45,382 bases of DNA, taken from positions 1 to 45,382 of the forward strand of contig DASWAK010000563.1 of assembly GCA_036391175.1 (NCBI GenBank), read 5' to 3'. This document shows positions 28,879-38,377 of this stretch, one piece after another. This DNA comes from Pseudolabrys sp. GTDB lineage: Bacteria > Pseudomonadota > Alphaproteobacteria > Rhizobiales > Xanthobacteraceae. Numbering within the stretch: position 1 is the first letter of the stretch; every line of letters begins with the position of its first letter. The notes below the pieces were generated by a model. The model was not told where the DNA came from and made no database searches. It worked only from the letters and a program-made list of their open reading frames with translations. The position numbers were made by a program, and so were the translations under genes.

Positions 28879-29286
28879 ATGCAGGTGCAATCCTATTTGT
28901 TCTTCGATGGCCGGTGCGAAGAGGCGATCGCGTTCTACAAGAAGGCGCTCGGCGCCGAGGTCGACATGCTGATGCGCTGGAAAGACAGCCCGGACAAATC
29001 CATGTGCTCGCTTGGCAACGAGAACAAGGTCATGCATGCCTCGCTCAAGATCGGTGAAACCAGGGTTATGGTTTCGGATGGCCGCAATACCGGAAATCCG
29101 GAGTTCAAGGGCTTTGCGCTTTCGGTCAACGCGAAGGATGAAGCCGATGCGGATCGCCTTTTCAATTCGTTGTCCACGGATGGAAAAGTGATGATGCCGC
29201 TCGGCAAGACGTTCTTCTCGCCCCGTTTCGGCATGGCGACCGACAAGTTTGGCGTGAACTGGATGGTCATCGTCGAACCGAAGTGA
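28879..29286 (+). CDS. VOC family protein (PhnB/glyoxalase-like)
   Basis: YLFFDGRCEEAIAFY, KVMHASL, TFFSPRFGMATDKFGVNWMV; SD AAGGAGG before ATG 28879. Confidence 0.9.
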   Translation: MQVQSYLFFDGRCEEAIAFYKKALGAEVDMLMRWKDSPDKSMCSLGNENKVMHASLKIGETRVMVSDGRNTGNPEFKGFALSVNAKDEADADRLFNSLSTDGKVMMPLGKTFFSPRFGMATDKFGVNWMVIVEPK

Positions 29287-29310
29287 TCACGGCACACGCG
29301 AGGGCAGAGT

Positions 29311-29717
29311 ATGCAAACGACGGTCCAGGGGAATTCGACATCGAATGCGGCGCTCTGGGGTGGCGGCATCATGAGTGGTTTGGTGATCGCATTTATGCTG
29401 CTCGATGGCGGCATGAAACTGGTGCCGTTGGATGTCGTCATCTCGACGTCGAAGCAGATGGGTATCTCCGGCGACCTCGCGCGTCCGTTAGGAGTTATCG
29501 GCCTTTGCACCTTGCTCTACGCGATACCGCGGACGTCTGTGATCGGCGCAATTCTGCTGACCGGCTATCTGGGGAGTGCGATGCAAGCCATTTCAGACTC
29601 GGCGACCCGATTTTCACGCAAACCTCGTTTGGGTTCTATCTCGGCTTGCTGGTCTGGGGTGGACTATATCTGAGAGTTAGCCGGCTACGCGGCTTGATTT
29701 CCTTGCGCGAGCCCTGA
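29311..29717 (+). pseudogene. DoxX family membrane protein, frameshifted
   Basis: N-half ...LYAIPRTSVIGAILLTGYLGSA is in one frame and C-half ASHFRLGDP...YLGLLVWGGLYLR...LRGLI in another, consistent with a 1-nt deletion near 29582. Confidence 0.8.
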
Positions 29718-29762
29718 TCGCTTTCCGAATCCGAAATTCATCTCAAGCTAGCAGGTGTATCC

Positions 29763-30272
29763 ATGGCGACCATCACCGAAAGTTCAGAGTTCGTCATCTC
29801 GCGCGTGCTCGATGCGCCGCGCGATCTGGTGTGGAAGTGCTTCACCGCGCCGGAGCGTATGAAGCAGTGGTGGGGGCCAAAGGAATTCACGGTCATCGCT
29901 TCGAAAATGGATCTGCACGTGGGTGGGACCTACCACTATGGCATGAAGGCGCCCGACGGAACGCCAATGTGGGGAAAGTTCGTATTCCGCGAAATTGTCC
30001 CGCCCGAACGCCTCAATTTCATCAGCTCGTTTTCCGACGAGAAAGGCGGCACGACACGTCATCCCGGCCATATGTCATGGCCGCTCGAGATGCACTCGAT
30101 CTTCACCTTCGAGGAAATGCCCGGCGGCAAGACCAAATTCACCGTCCGCTGGACCACGCACAACGCAGCCGACGGAGAACAGAAAACCTTCGAAGCCGGG
30201 CGTGACAGCATGCGCATGGGCTGGACCGGCACAATGGAGCAGCTCGAAGCCTATCTCGCAAAAGCGCAGTAA
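29763..30272 (+). CDS. SRPBCC domain protein
   Basis: SRVLDAPRDLVWKCFT, WWGPK, GGTYHYGM, GWTGTMEQLEAYL. Confidence 0.9.
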   Translation: MATITESSEFVISRVLDAPRDLVWKCFTAPERMKQWWGPKEFTVIASKMDLHVGGTYHYGMKAPDGTPMWGKFVFREIVPPERLNFISSFSDEKGGTTRHPGHMSWPLEMHSIFTFEEMPGGKTKFTVRWTTHNAADGEQKTFEAGRDSMRMGWTGTMEQLEAYLAKAQ

Positions 30273-30292
30273 CCGCGCGTAAGGAGGACATC

Positions 30293-30799
30293 ATGGCAAT
30301 CATTGCCAAGCACAAGATCACGCCGTGCCTGTGGTTCGACACGCAAGCCGAAGAAGCGGCAAGATTCTATTGCTCGATCTTCGAGGATTCCAAAATCGGC
30401 AAGATTAGCCGCTACACCAAGGCCGGGCAGGATGTTCACCACAAGCCGCCGGGCTCGGTAATGGTCGTGGAATTCGAAATCGAGGGACAGACATTCACGG
30501 CCTTGAATGGCGGCCCGAATTTCAAATTCAACGAGGCGGTCTCATTCCAGGTGCGCTGCGAGACACAAACCGAAGTCGATTACTTCTGGGGCAAGCTCAC
30601 GCAAGGCGGGCAGGAGGGGCCCTGCGGCTGGCTGAAAGACAAATACGGTCTTTCCTGGCAAGTCGTACCGGCCGCGATACCGAAAATGATGACGGACCCG
30701 GACCCGGCCAAATCCGAGCGCGTGATGAACGCCTTCCTGAAAATGAAAAAACTCGACATTGCAGCGATCGAGCGCGCCTACGCGGGGCAGCCACAATGA
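30293..30799 (+). CDS. VOC family protein (PhnB-like; 3-demethylubiquinone-9 3-methyltransferase domain family)
   Basis: KITPCLWFDTQAEEAARFY, FTALNGGP, CGWLKDKYGLSWQVVP, MKKLDIA. Confidence 0.9.
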   Translation: MAIIAKHKITPCLWFDTQAEEAARFYCSIFEDSKIGKISRYTKAGQDVHHKPPGSVMVVEFEIEGQTFTALNGGPNFKFNEAVSFQVRCETQTEVDYFWGKLTQGGQEGPCGWLKDKYGLSWQVVPAAIPKMMTDPDPAKSERVMNAFLKMKKLDIAAIERAYAGQPQ

Positions 30800-30820
30800 C
30801 CGCCGCCGCGCTGCAAAACA

Positions 30821-32392
30821 TCAGACCAGCACCCACGTGATCCAGGCCAACAGCGCTGCAATCACCCAGAGAGCGAGTGCGGTCCAGCGGTTGCGACGCG
30901 CTTCCGCCGCCCCGATGGCGGCGACCGTTTCAGGCGCAAGCACCAGGCCATCGCGCGTAATGTCGTCGAACTGGTCGAGCAGCGTACCCGCACGTGTCAG
31001 CAACCCCGGTACCTGACCGAGAAATCGACCGATTTCGCCGGCGCCTTCAACTGCGTCTTCCAGGCGCCCGACCGGACCGAGATTGCGCGCGATCCATTCG
31101 CGCACCACAGGGTCGGAGGTGCTCCACATGTCGAGCCTGGGATCGAGCGAGCGAGCGACGCCTTCCACCACAACCATCGTCTTTTGGAGGAGCAGCAGCT
31201 CCGGGCGCGTCCGCATATCGAAGAGACCAGTCACCTCAAACAGGAGCATCAAGAGCTTTGCCATCGAGATGTCTTCGGCGGTCCGGTTGTGAATCGGCTC
31301 GCCGATGGCTCGTATCGCCTGCGCGAAGCTTTCTACCGAATGGTGCCGGGGCACATAACCGGCGTCGAAATGCACCTGTGCGGTGCGATGATAGTCGCGC
31401 GTGATGAAGCCGAACAGAATTTCGGCGAGGAACCGCCGTTCCTTTGGACCAAGGCGTCCCATGATGCCGAAGTCCACGGCGACCAGCCGGCCGTCGTCGT
31501 CGACGAACAGGTTGCCGGGGTGCATGTCGGCGTGAAAGAAGCCGTCGCGTAAGGCATGGCGCAGGAAGCTCTGGATCACCTTGCGTCCGAGCTCCGGCAG
31601 ATCGAAGCCCTTCACTTCCAGCGCTGCATGGTCGTTGAGCGGCGTGCCTTCGATCCACTCCAGCGTCAGTACCTCGCGCGCGGTGCGATCCCAGTTCACG
31701 GTCGGCACGCGGAAGTCGGCGTCCTCGCGGGTATTCTCTGCCATCTCGGACAGCGCGGCCGCTTCCAGCCGGAAATCCATTTCTATTGCGACCGAGCGGG
31801 CCAGCGTTGCCACTGCTTCAACCGGCCGCAGCCGCTGTGCCTCAAGCGAGAAACTTTCCGCCTTGCGTGCCGCAAAGAAGAAAGCGTCGAGATCGGACTT
31901 GAAGCGGCGCTCGATGCCGGGGCGAAGGATCTTCACCGCCACCGGCTTGCGTTTGCCGTCTGCCTCGATCTCGGCGCGATGCACCTGTGCGATCGAAGCA
32001 GCGGCCACCGCAGGCCCGAAGCTGGCGTAGACCTGGTTGAGCGGTTTGTCGAAGGCAGCGACGACCGTGGCTTCCGCCTCGTCCTGTGGGAACGGCGCCA
32101 TCTTATCCTGCAGGCTTTCCAGATCGCGCGCGATCGCCGTGCCAACCACGTCGGGGCGGGTGGCGAGGAATTGCCCGAGCTTGACGTAAGTCGGGCCGAG
32201 CCTGGTTAGCGCGGCGGCAAGCCGGCTTGAGCTGTCCTTGGCGGTCGGGCGCTCGATCAATCGCGCCAGCGCGATGGCGGTCCTGGCCGGCAAAGGCAAA
32301 GGCCGCGTATCGACCAGCGCGAACACGCCTTCGCGCGCGAACACAAAGCCGGCGCGGGCGAGGCGGATGAGATGAGAGGTGGCAGCAATCAC
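30821..32392 (-). CDS. ubiB: Ubiquinone biosynthesis protein kinase-like UbiB
   Basis: [44 protein letters not shown]; overlaps ubiE. Confidence 0.95.
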   Translation of the reverse strand: MIAATSHLIRLARAGFVFAREGVFALVDTRPLPLPARTAIALARLIERPTAKDSSSRLAAALTRLGPTYVKLGQFLATRPDVVGTAIARDLESLQDKMAPFPQDEAEATVVAAFDKPLNQVYASFGPAVAAASIAQVHRAEIEADGKRKPVAVKILRPGIERRFKSDLDAFFFAARKAESFSLEAQRLRPVEAVATLARSVAIEMDFRLEAAALSEMAENTREDADFRVPTVNWDRTAREVLTLEWIEGTPLNDHAALEVKGFDLPELGRKVIQSFLRHALRDGFFHADMHPGNLFVDDDGRLVAVDFGIMGRLGPKERRFLAEILFGFITRDYHRTAQVHFDAGYVPRHHSVESFAQAIRAIGEPIHNRTAEDISMAKLLMLLFEVTGLFDMRTRPELLLLQKTMVVVEGVARSLDPRLDMWSTSDPVVREWIARNLGPVGRLEDAVEGAGEIGRFLGQVPGLLTRAGTLLDQFDDITRDGLVLAPETVAAIGAAEARRNRWTALALWVIAALLAWITWVLV

Positions 32393-33150
32393 AATCGCCA
32401 GCCCGAATGCAATGCCACCACGCCACCGGTCATTGGTTTGAACGACACGCGGCGAAAACCGGCGGCCTCCATCATCGTTGCGAAGGCCTTCGGTTTGGGA
32501 AACTTCCGGATCGACTCGACCAGATACTGGTAAGCCTCGCGGTCGCCGGTCACGGCCTCTCCAATGCGCGGAATCACCTGGAAGGAATAAAGCTCATAAA
32601 GCGCATCGAGGCCCGGCATATCGACTGAGGAAAATTCGAGACACAGGAATCGGCCACCGATTTTTAGGACACGGTAGGCGTCCGCGAGCGCCGCTTCGAC
32701 GCGCGGCACATTTCGAATTCCGAAGGCAATGGCGACGCAATCGAAGCTGCGATCGGGATATGCGAGCGTCTCCGCATTGCCTTGGTCGAAGGTGACGACA
32801 CCATCAAGTCCGCGCTCGGCCGCTCGCGCTCGACCGACTTCAAGCATATCGGCATTGATGTCGCACACCGTGACGCGTGTGCCGGGACCGCCGCTCTGCG
32901 CGACACGGAAAGCGACGTCGCCGGTACCGCCGGCCAGATCGAGAACCGCAAATTCGCGCTTGTTTTTCGGCGGGTTCACGGCCGTCACCAAGGCATCCTT
33001 CCACGCGCGGTGCAGCCCGCCGGACATCAGGTCATTCATCAGGTCGTAACGGCGCGCCACCGAATGGAAAACGTCATCCACCCGCCCTTGCTTGTCGTCG
33101 AGCGGCACGGTCTCGTAACCGAAATGGGTCTGGTCGCTGCTGCGGGGCAT
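32389..33150 (-). CDS. ubiE: Ubiquinone/menaquinone C-methyltransferase UbiE
   Basis: [43 protein letters not shown]; ATG 33150 has the best SD spacing. Confidence 0.96.
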   Translation of the reverse strand: MPRSSDQTHFGYETVPLDDKQGRVDDVFHSVARRYDLMNDLMSGGLHRAWKDALVTAVNPPKNKREFAVLDLAGGTGDVAFRVAQSGGPGTRVTVCDINADMLEVGRARAAERGLDGVVTFDQGNAETLAYPDRSFDCVAIAFGIRNVPRVEAALADAYRVLKIGGRFLCLEFSSVDMPGLDALYELYSFQVIPRIGEAVTGDREAYQYLVESIRKFPKPKAFATMMEAAGFRRVSFKPMTGGVVALHSGWRL

Positions 33151-33229
33151 AGCCAATAGTCCTTTTCGGGCAGGACCATAGCGCGGGTGGCCCGGGGGCG
33201 CTATGTGTCAGCGCGGGAGCGGTTAATCA

Positions 33230-34096
33230 ATGCCAGAATTGCCTGAAGTCGAAACGGTGCGCCGCGGACTGGCGCCCGCCATGGAAGGCGAGCGGTTTGC
33301 AAAAGTCGAAGTACGGCGCGGCGATCTCCGTTGGCCGCTGCCCAAGAACTTTGCCGAGCGGCTACGCGGCAAGACTGTAGAGGGGCTCGGGCGCAGGGCG
33401 AAGTACTTACTGGCGGATCTTTCGTCCGGCGACGTGCTAATGATGCATCTCGGAATGTCGGGTTCATTTCGCGTCGGTAAGGACAGCGCGCCCAGCAAAT
33501 ATTATCACGAACGATCCAAAAGCACCGCGCACGATCATGTGGTCTTTCACATGTCGAATGGCGCGACAGTGACTTTCAACGACCCGCGCCGCTTCGGTTC
33601 GATGAAGCTCGTGCCACGTGTCAAACTGGAACAAGAGCCCCTGTTACGCGCGCTCGGACCGGAACCATTGGGAAATGAATTCGATGCAGCGATGCTCGCG
33701 AAAGTCTGCGCGGGCAAGAAGACCTCGCTCAAGGCTGCATTGAGCGATCAGCGAGTCGTTGCGGGGCTTGGCAACATCTATGTCTGCGAGGCGCTTTTTC
33801 GTGCGCGGCTGTCGCCTAAACGACGTGCTTCGACCATTGCCGATCGCTACGGCAAACCGAACGAACGCGCCGAAAAACTGGTCGATGCCATCAAGGCGGT
33901 GCTGATGGATGCGATTGAAGCCGGAGGCTCATCGCTGCGCGACCATCGCCGCGCCGACGGCTCACTCGGCGATTTCCAGCACAATTTCCGGGTCTATGAT
34001 CGTGAGGGCGAGCCCTGCCCCTATTGCAGAGGCAAGATCAAACGTATCGTACAGGTTGGCCGTTCAACCTTCTATTGCCCCTCATGTCAGAAGTAG
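33230..34096 (+). CDS. mutM: Formamidopyrimidine-DNA glycosylase
   Basis: [27 protein letters not shown]-terminal CPYC...CPSCQ zinc finger. Confidence 0.97.
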   Translation: MPELPEVETVRRGLAPAMEGERFAKVEVRRGDLRWPLPKNFAERLRGKTVEGLGRRAKYLLADLSSGDVLMMHLGMSGSFRVGKDSAPSKYYHERSKSTAHDHVVFHMSNGATVTFNDPRRFGSMKLVPRVKLEQEPLLRALGPEPLGNEFDAAMLAKVCAGKKTSLKAALSDQRVVAGLGNIYVCEALFRARLSPKRRASTIADRYGKPNERAEKLVDAIKAVLMDAIEAGGSSLRDHRRADGSLGDFQHNFRVYDREGEPCPYCRGKIKRIVQVGRSTFYCPSCQK

Positions 34097-34133
34097 GCCA
34101 CGCTGTGTCACCTGAAATGCCGGGATCGATGAT

Positions 34134-35096
34134 ATGCACAAGCTCGGCCTGAGTGCAGTGACGCTCGTCGCCATGATAGCCGCCGCTACGGCCGCGGATT
34201 ATCCGGATCATCCGATCCGGTTCATCGTTCCGCAAGCAGCGGGAAGCGCTACCGACACAGTCGCCCGCATTCTCGCCGCCGAATTGTCGAAGGACTTGGG
34301 CCAGCAGGTTATCGTCGACGACCGCCCGGGCGGCGCCCTGACCATCGGCCTTGACCTGGTCGCAAAGTCACCGCCTGACGGCTACACCATCGGCATGGGT
34401 CCGATTGGCGCGCTAGCAATCACCCGTCACATGGTGTCGAGGCTACCTTACAATATTGAAAAGGATTTTCAGCCGATCGCACTGATCGCGCGCGGGCATT
34501 TGTTGCTCGCGGTTTCGCCCAAACTGCCAATTCATTCGGTGAAGGAGCTAGTAGACTACGCCAAGAAAAATCCTGGCAAGCTCACCAATGCTTCATCCAG
34601 CAACGGGTCGCCCGGTCATGTCGGCGGCGAATTGTTCAAGTACATGACGGGAACCGAGATCGTGCACGTGCCATATCGCGGCGGCGCGCCCGCGATCACC
34701 GATCTGATCGCCGGCCATGTCGATCTCATGTTCGAAAGCCTGCAGTCGATCGCGCCCTTCGCGCGCGACGGCAAAGTGCGCGCGTTGGGCGTCAGCGGCG
34801 CCGCACGCTCTCCGGCGTTTCCGGAGCTTCCGACAATTGCCGAAGCCGGCGTACCCGGATATCTGGCGCCAACCTGGACCGGTGTGATTGCACCGGCCGG
34901 CGTTCGGCGGCCGATCGTGGACAAGCTCAACGCTGCGATCAACAAGGCGCTCACGTCAGATTCATTTAAGGAGAAATTTGCCAAGATCGGCGACGAACCG
35001 GCCGGTGGAACACCGGAAGATTTCGCTGCGACAATCAAGGCTGATTCAGCCAAATGGAGTGATGTGGTGCAGCGCTCAGGAGCAAAACTCGATTGA
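34134..35096 (+). CDS. Tripartite tricarboxylate transporter substrate-binding protein (Bug/TctC family)
   Basis: Signal peptide, YPDHPIRFIVP..AGSATD, PDGYT, HVPYRGGAPA, LPTIAEAG. Confidence 0.92.
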   Translation: MHKLGLSAVTLVAMIAAATAADYPDHPIRFIVPQAAGSATDTVARILAAELSKDLGQQVIVDDRPGGALTIGLDLVAKSPPDGYTIGMGPIGALAITRHMVSRLPYNIEKDFQPIALIARGHLLLAVSPKLPIHSVKELVDYAKKNPGKLTNASSSNGSPGHVGGELFKYMTGTEIVHVPYRGGAPAITDLIAGHVDLMFESLQSIAPFARDGKVRALGVSGAARSPAFPELPTIAEAGVPGYLAPTWTGVIAPAGVRRPIVDKLNAAINKALTSDSFKEKFAKIGDEPAGGTPEDFAATIKADSAKWSDVVQRSGAKLD

Positions 35097-35111
35097 GCCA
35101 AGGACTGAGTC

Positions 35112-35885
35112 ATGACCTATCAGAACATCGTCGTCGAAACGCGAGGCCGGGTTGGCATTATCCGCCTTAACCGGCCGCAGGCACTCAATGCCCTCAACAA
35201 GGCGCTGATTTCCGAGCTCACACAGGCGATTGAGATTTTTGACGCCGATGAAAAGATCGGCTGCCTGCTCATCACAGGCAACGATAAGGCTTTCGCTGCG
35301 GGCGCCGACATCAAGGAAATGGCGGACAAACCGTTCATCGAAGCCTATCTCGGCGATTTCGTTTCAAACTGGAACGCTGCGGCCCACGCGCGCAAGCCGA
35401 TCGTCGCAGCGGTCGCGGGCTTTGCGCTAGGCGGAGGCTGTGAACTGGCGATGCAATGCGACATCGTTATTGCCGCCGACACCGCCAAGTTTGGTCAACC
35501 TGAGATCAAGCTCGGCGTCATTCCCGGCATTGGCGGCACGCAGCGGCTCGCACAGGCAATCGGCAAGGCCAAGGCCATGGATTTGATCCTGACCGGACGG
35601 ATGATGGACGCCGCAGAAGCCGAGAAATCCGGGCTGGTGGCGCGCGTGGTGTCGGCCGCTAGCTTGATGGATGAGGCGACAAAAGTCGCAGAAACGATCG
35701 CCGATATGTCGCTGCCATCGGTGCTGGCGGGCAAGGAAGCGATCAACCGCGCATTCGAGAGTGGCTTGTCGGAAGGCATAACCTTCGAACGGCGCATTTT
35801 CCATTCGCTGTTTGCGACGGAAGATCAGAAGGAAGGCATGAAGGCCTTTATCGAGAAACGCCCGCCGAAATGGAAGAACAGGTAA
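35112..35885 (+). CDS. Enoyl-CoA hydratase (crotonase family)
   Basis: [29 protein letters not shown] with both catalytic Glu residues. Confidence 0.93.
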   Translation: MTYQNIVVETRGRVGIIRLNRPQALNALNKALISELTQAIEIFDADEKIGCLLITGNDKAFAAGADIKEMADKPFIEAYLGDFVSNWNAAAHARKPIVAAVAGFALGGGCELAMQCDIVIAADTAKFGQPEIKLGVIPGIGGTQRLAQAIGKAKAMDLILTGRMMDAAEAEKSGLVARVVSAASLMDEATKVAETIADMSLPSVLAGKEAINRAFESGLSEGITFERRIFHSLFATEDQKEGMKAFIEKRPPKWKNR

Positions 35886-35939
35886 AGCGAACAAATGAGG
35901 CGCGTTACGTCTCGGGTTTGCAGCGCCCGGGACAAAAAA

Positions 35940-37382
35940 TTACTTCCGTACGCAGATAATTCTCACCACCGACGCTTTGGCATCGCCACCTTGCGGTTCG
36001 AGCGCAATATTATGCGCAACCAGAAAGTCGCGAATGGTCCCTGCAGTGATGAGGCGCACGGGCGGCGCGGCCGGCTCCGTACTGGCAAGTACAAAATTAC
36101 GCATCTCCGTCATGCCGAGAAATTCCCCTTGCACGCCGAGCGCGGCGGCGCCGGAAAAGCCCGCCATCGGTACTGGCTGGCGCAATTCGATCGCATTGTC
36201 ATCAGCCAGCCGCGCCTTGATTTCGGTGAGTTTCTTGGCGCCGTTCTGCTCTTTCGGATCCGGAATGCCGATGAGTGTCACGTCGCCTTTCTTCGGCGCA
36301 TCGGGAGCGAGCGCGAGCGGAGACAGCTTGCGCGGCCCGTAGACACGCAACAGGGCTAGGCCATTGTCCTTGTCCTCGGCAACGCGGTCGGCATCGCCAA
36401 GACCGGCGGCGACAATAACCTGGCATCCGGCCGCGAGTTTTCGGTCGGTGATGATGTGGCCACGTGCGCTCACGACAAGTCCGTTGCCATATTCCACTGA
36501 ATTCGCCATGGCCGCGAACGGTGAACTGCGCTCGGGATACGGAGAGAAAGCGCTTGCCATCGCCGCCGTCACCGGGGCGACAATTGTTTCCATCATTTGA
36601 TCAAACAGCAGTGTGAAGCCGCGGATTTCACCGTTACGCGCGTATCCCCGCACGGAGAATTTCTTCAGGCCCTGCATACCGCTGATATAGAAATTGTCGT
36701 CGCGCAATACGCTGGATTCGACCTTTCGATTGGACGGCTCTTTCTTTTCCTGCTCGAAAAGCGCTGCAAGCTTGAGCTCGGGATCCTTGATGCGGAATGT
36801 TTCGACCTGCGCCTCACCGTGCGCGGCCGACCAGCGCGTTCCGTGCGCAGCATTGCGCACTTGTGGTACCAGTTTGGCAGGCAAGCCAAGGCGCACGCCC
36901 GTCGCGGGATCGGTTACAATGGTCCAGCCGAATTCGTCCTCGTGGGTTTTGGCAGCCGCTAGCAGATTGGTGCGCTCGGCGGGGGAGAGGACGCCTGTTA
37001 CTTTGGACTTCGCGCGTTTTTGGAAATTTTTGATTGCGGAGAGAAAAGGGTCCTCGCCGCCAATGGCACCGGTATAGTCACCCGACCACAGCAGCGCTGC
37101 CTGGATTTTCAGGCGCTCGCTATCAGAGGCACCTGCAGATTCATCCGTGGCCGGCCCGGCTGCAGCCACCTCGGCGCTTAAGGCGCCGGTTTTTGCGGCG
37201 ACCGTTGCAGGCGCGGCGATCTTAGGCTCGGGCGGGGCGGGCTTGGCGGCCTTCGCTTTCGATGCAACACGAGGCGCGGCGGGTTGCGCGGGTGCTGGAA
37301 TGACCCCAGGCGATTCCTGCGCCAGCGCCGGAACGGCGCCGAGCAGAAGCGCTAGCATCACCGTGGACCCACCCAAACGCAT
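35940..37382 (-). CDS. Secreted protein with a peptidoglycan-binding-like domain and a degenerate trypsin-like domain
   Basis: Signal peptide, Pro/Ala linker, IQAALLWSGDYTG...AIKNFQ...TGVL (PG_binding_1-like), and C-terminal GNGLVVS..GHIIT, LALLRV, GFSGAA. Confidence 0.7.
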   Translation of the reverse strand: MRLGGSTVMLALLLGAVPALAQESPGVIPAPAQPAAPRVASKAKAAKPAPPEPKIAAPATVAAKTGALSAEVAAAGPATDESAGASDSERLKIQAALLWSGDYTGAIGGEDPFLSAIKNFQKRAKSKVTGVLSPAERTNLLAAAKTHEDEFGWTIVTDPATGVRLGLPAKLVPQVRNAAHGTRWSAAHGEAQVETFRIKDPELKLAALFEQEKKEPSNRKVESSVLRDDNFYISGMQGLKKFSVRGYARNGEIRGFTLLFDQMMETIVAPVTAAMASAFSPYPERSSPFAAMANSVEYGNGLVVSARGHIITDRKLAAGCQVIVAAGLGDADRVAEDKDNGLALLRVYGPRKLSPLALAPDAPKKGDVTLIGIPDPKEQNGAKKLTEIKARLADDNAIELRQPVPMAGFSGAAALGVQGEFLGMTEMRNFVLASTEPAAPPVRLITAGTIRDFLVAHNIALEPQGGDAKASVVRIICVRK

Positions 37383-37510
37383 CGTGTCAACGCCCCGATA
37401 TTATTTTGCGGCCACCATAGCCGATGGAAGCAGAGGTGCAAGACCGGCTGGGGACGCTAATGTATGTGCGCGAGGGACTGTCGGACATAGGATCGCGTAA
37501 CATTTTGCTC

Positions 37511-37563
37511 GCGCACGATGTTTTTCCGAAAGGCCGTTCCCACCTTTTCGGATCATGCGCTAG
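37511..37563. repeat. Degenerate rhizobial intergenic palindromic element
   Basis: Minus strand CTAGCGCATGATCCGAAAAGGTGGGAACGGCCTTTCGGAAAAACATCGTGCGC is an imperfect inverted repeat resembling GCATGATCCGGAAAAGTGG...TTTTCCGAAAAGATCATGC repeats as I recall them from rhizobial genomes. Confidence 0.55.
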
Positions 37564-37573
37564 GTTAACCACG

Positions 37574-38374
37574 ATGCTCGATGCCAAAGAACTCGAACGT
37601 TACGCCCGCCACATCGTGTTGCGCGAAGTGGGTGGTCCAGGCCAGGCCAAACTCAAGGCCGCACGCGTGCTGGTCGTCGGTGCGGGCGGCCTCGGTGCGC
37701 CCGTGCTGCTCTATCTCGCTGCCGCGGGCGTTGGCACGCTTGGTGTCGTCGACGACGACGATGTGTCGCTATCGAATTTGCAACGTCAGGTGATCTTCGC
37801 AACCGATGATATTGGCAGATCAAAGGTTGAATGCGCCGGGGATGCGGTGAAGGGACTCAATCCTCATGTGAGAGTCGAAACGCATGGTGTGCGGCTGACC
37901 GCAGCCAACGCCCTCGATTTGATTGCGCGCTATGACATCGTTGCCGACGGTTCCGATAATTTCGCAACGCGCTACCTTGTCTCCGATGCTTGTTACTTTG
38001 CCCGAAAGCCTCTTGTTACTGCCGCGGTCGGCACCTTCGATGGCTCACTCACTTCAGTTCGTGCGCACGAAACACGGGCTGACGGAACGCGCAATCCGAC
38101 CTACCGCTGCCTGTTTCCCGAACCGCCGCCGGCCGGAACCGTGCCCGCCTGTGCAGAGGCTGGAATCCTTGGGGCACTACCGGGAGTGCTCGGCTCGCTG
38201 ATGGCGCTGGAGGTGATCCGCGAGATTGTTGGTTTCGGCGAAGGCCTAGTCGGCCGCCTTCTTATGATCGACGGCCGCTCAATGCGGTTCGAGACGCTGA
38301 GCTATGCGTGGGATCCGAACAATGCGCTGAGCGGCAACAAGCCGACGATCAGGGATTTGTCGGGCAGCTACTGA
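37574..38374 (+). CDS. moeB: Molybdopterin-synthase adenylyltransferase MoeB (ThiF/MoeB family)
   Basis: RYARHIVL, VVGAGGLG, SNLQRQ, DGSDNF, CAEAGILG; ATG at 37574. Confidence 0.85.
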   Translation: MLDAKELERYARHIVLREVGGPGQAKLKAARVLVVGAGGLGAPVLLYLAAAGVGTLGVVDDDDVSLSNLQRQVIFATDDIGRSKVECAGDAVKGLNPHVRVETHGVRLTAANALDLIARYDIVADGSDNFATRYLVSDACYFARKPLVTAAVGTFDGSLTSVRAHETRADGTRNPTYRCLFPEPPPAGTVPACAEAGILGALPGVLGSLMALEVIREIVGFGEGLVGRLLMIDGRSMRFETLSYAWDPNNALSGNKPTIRDLSGSY

Positions 38375-38377
38375 GGC

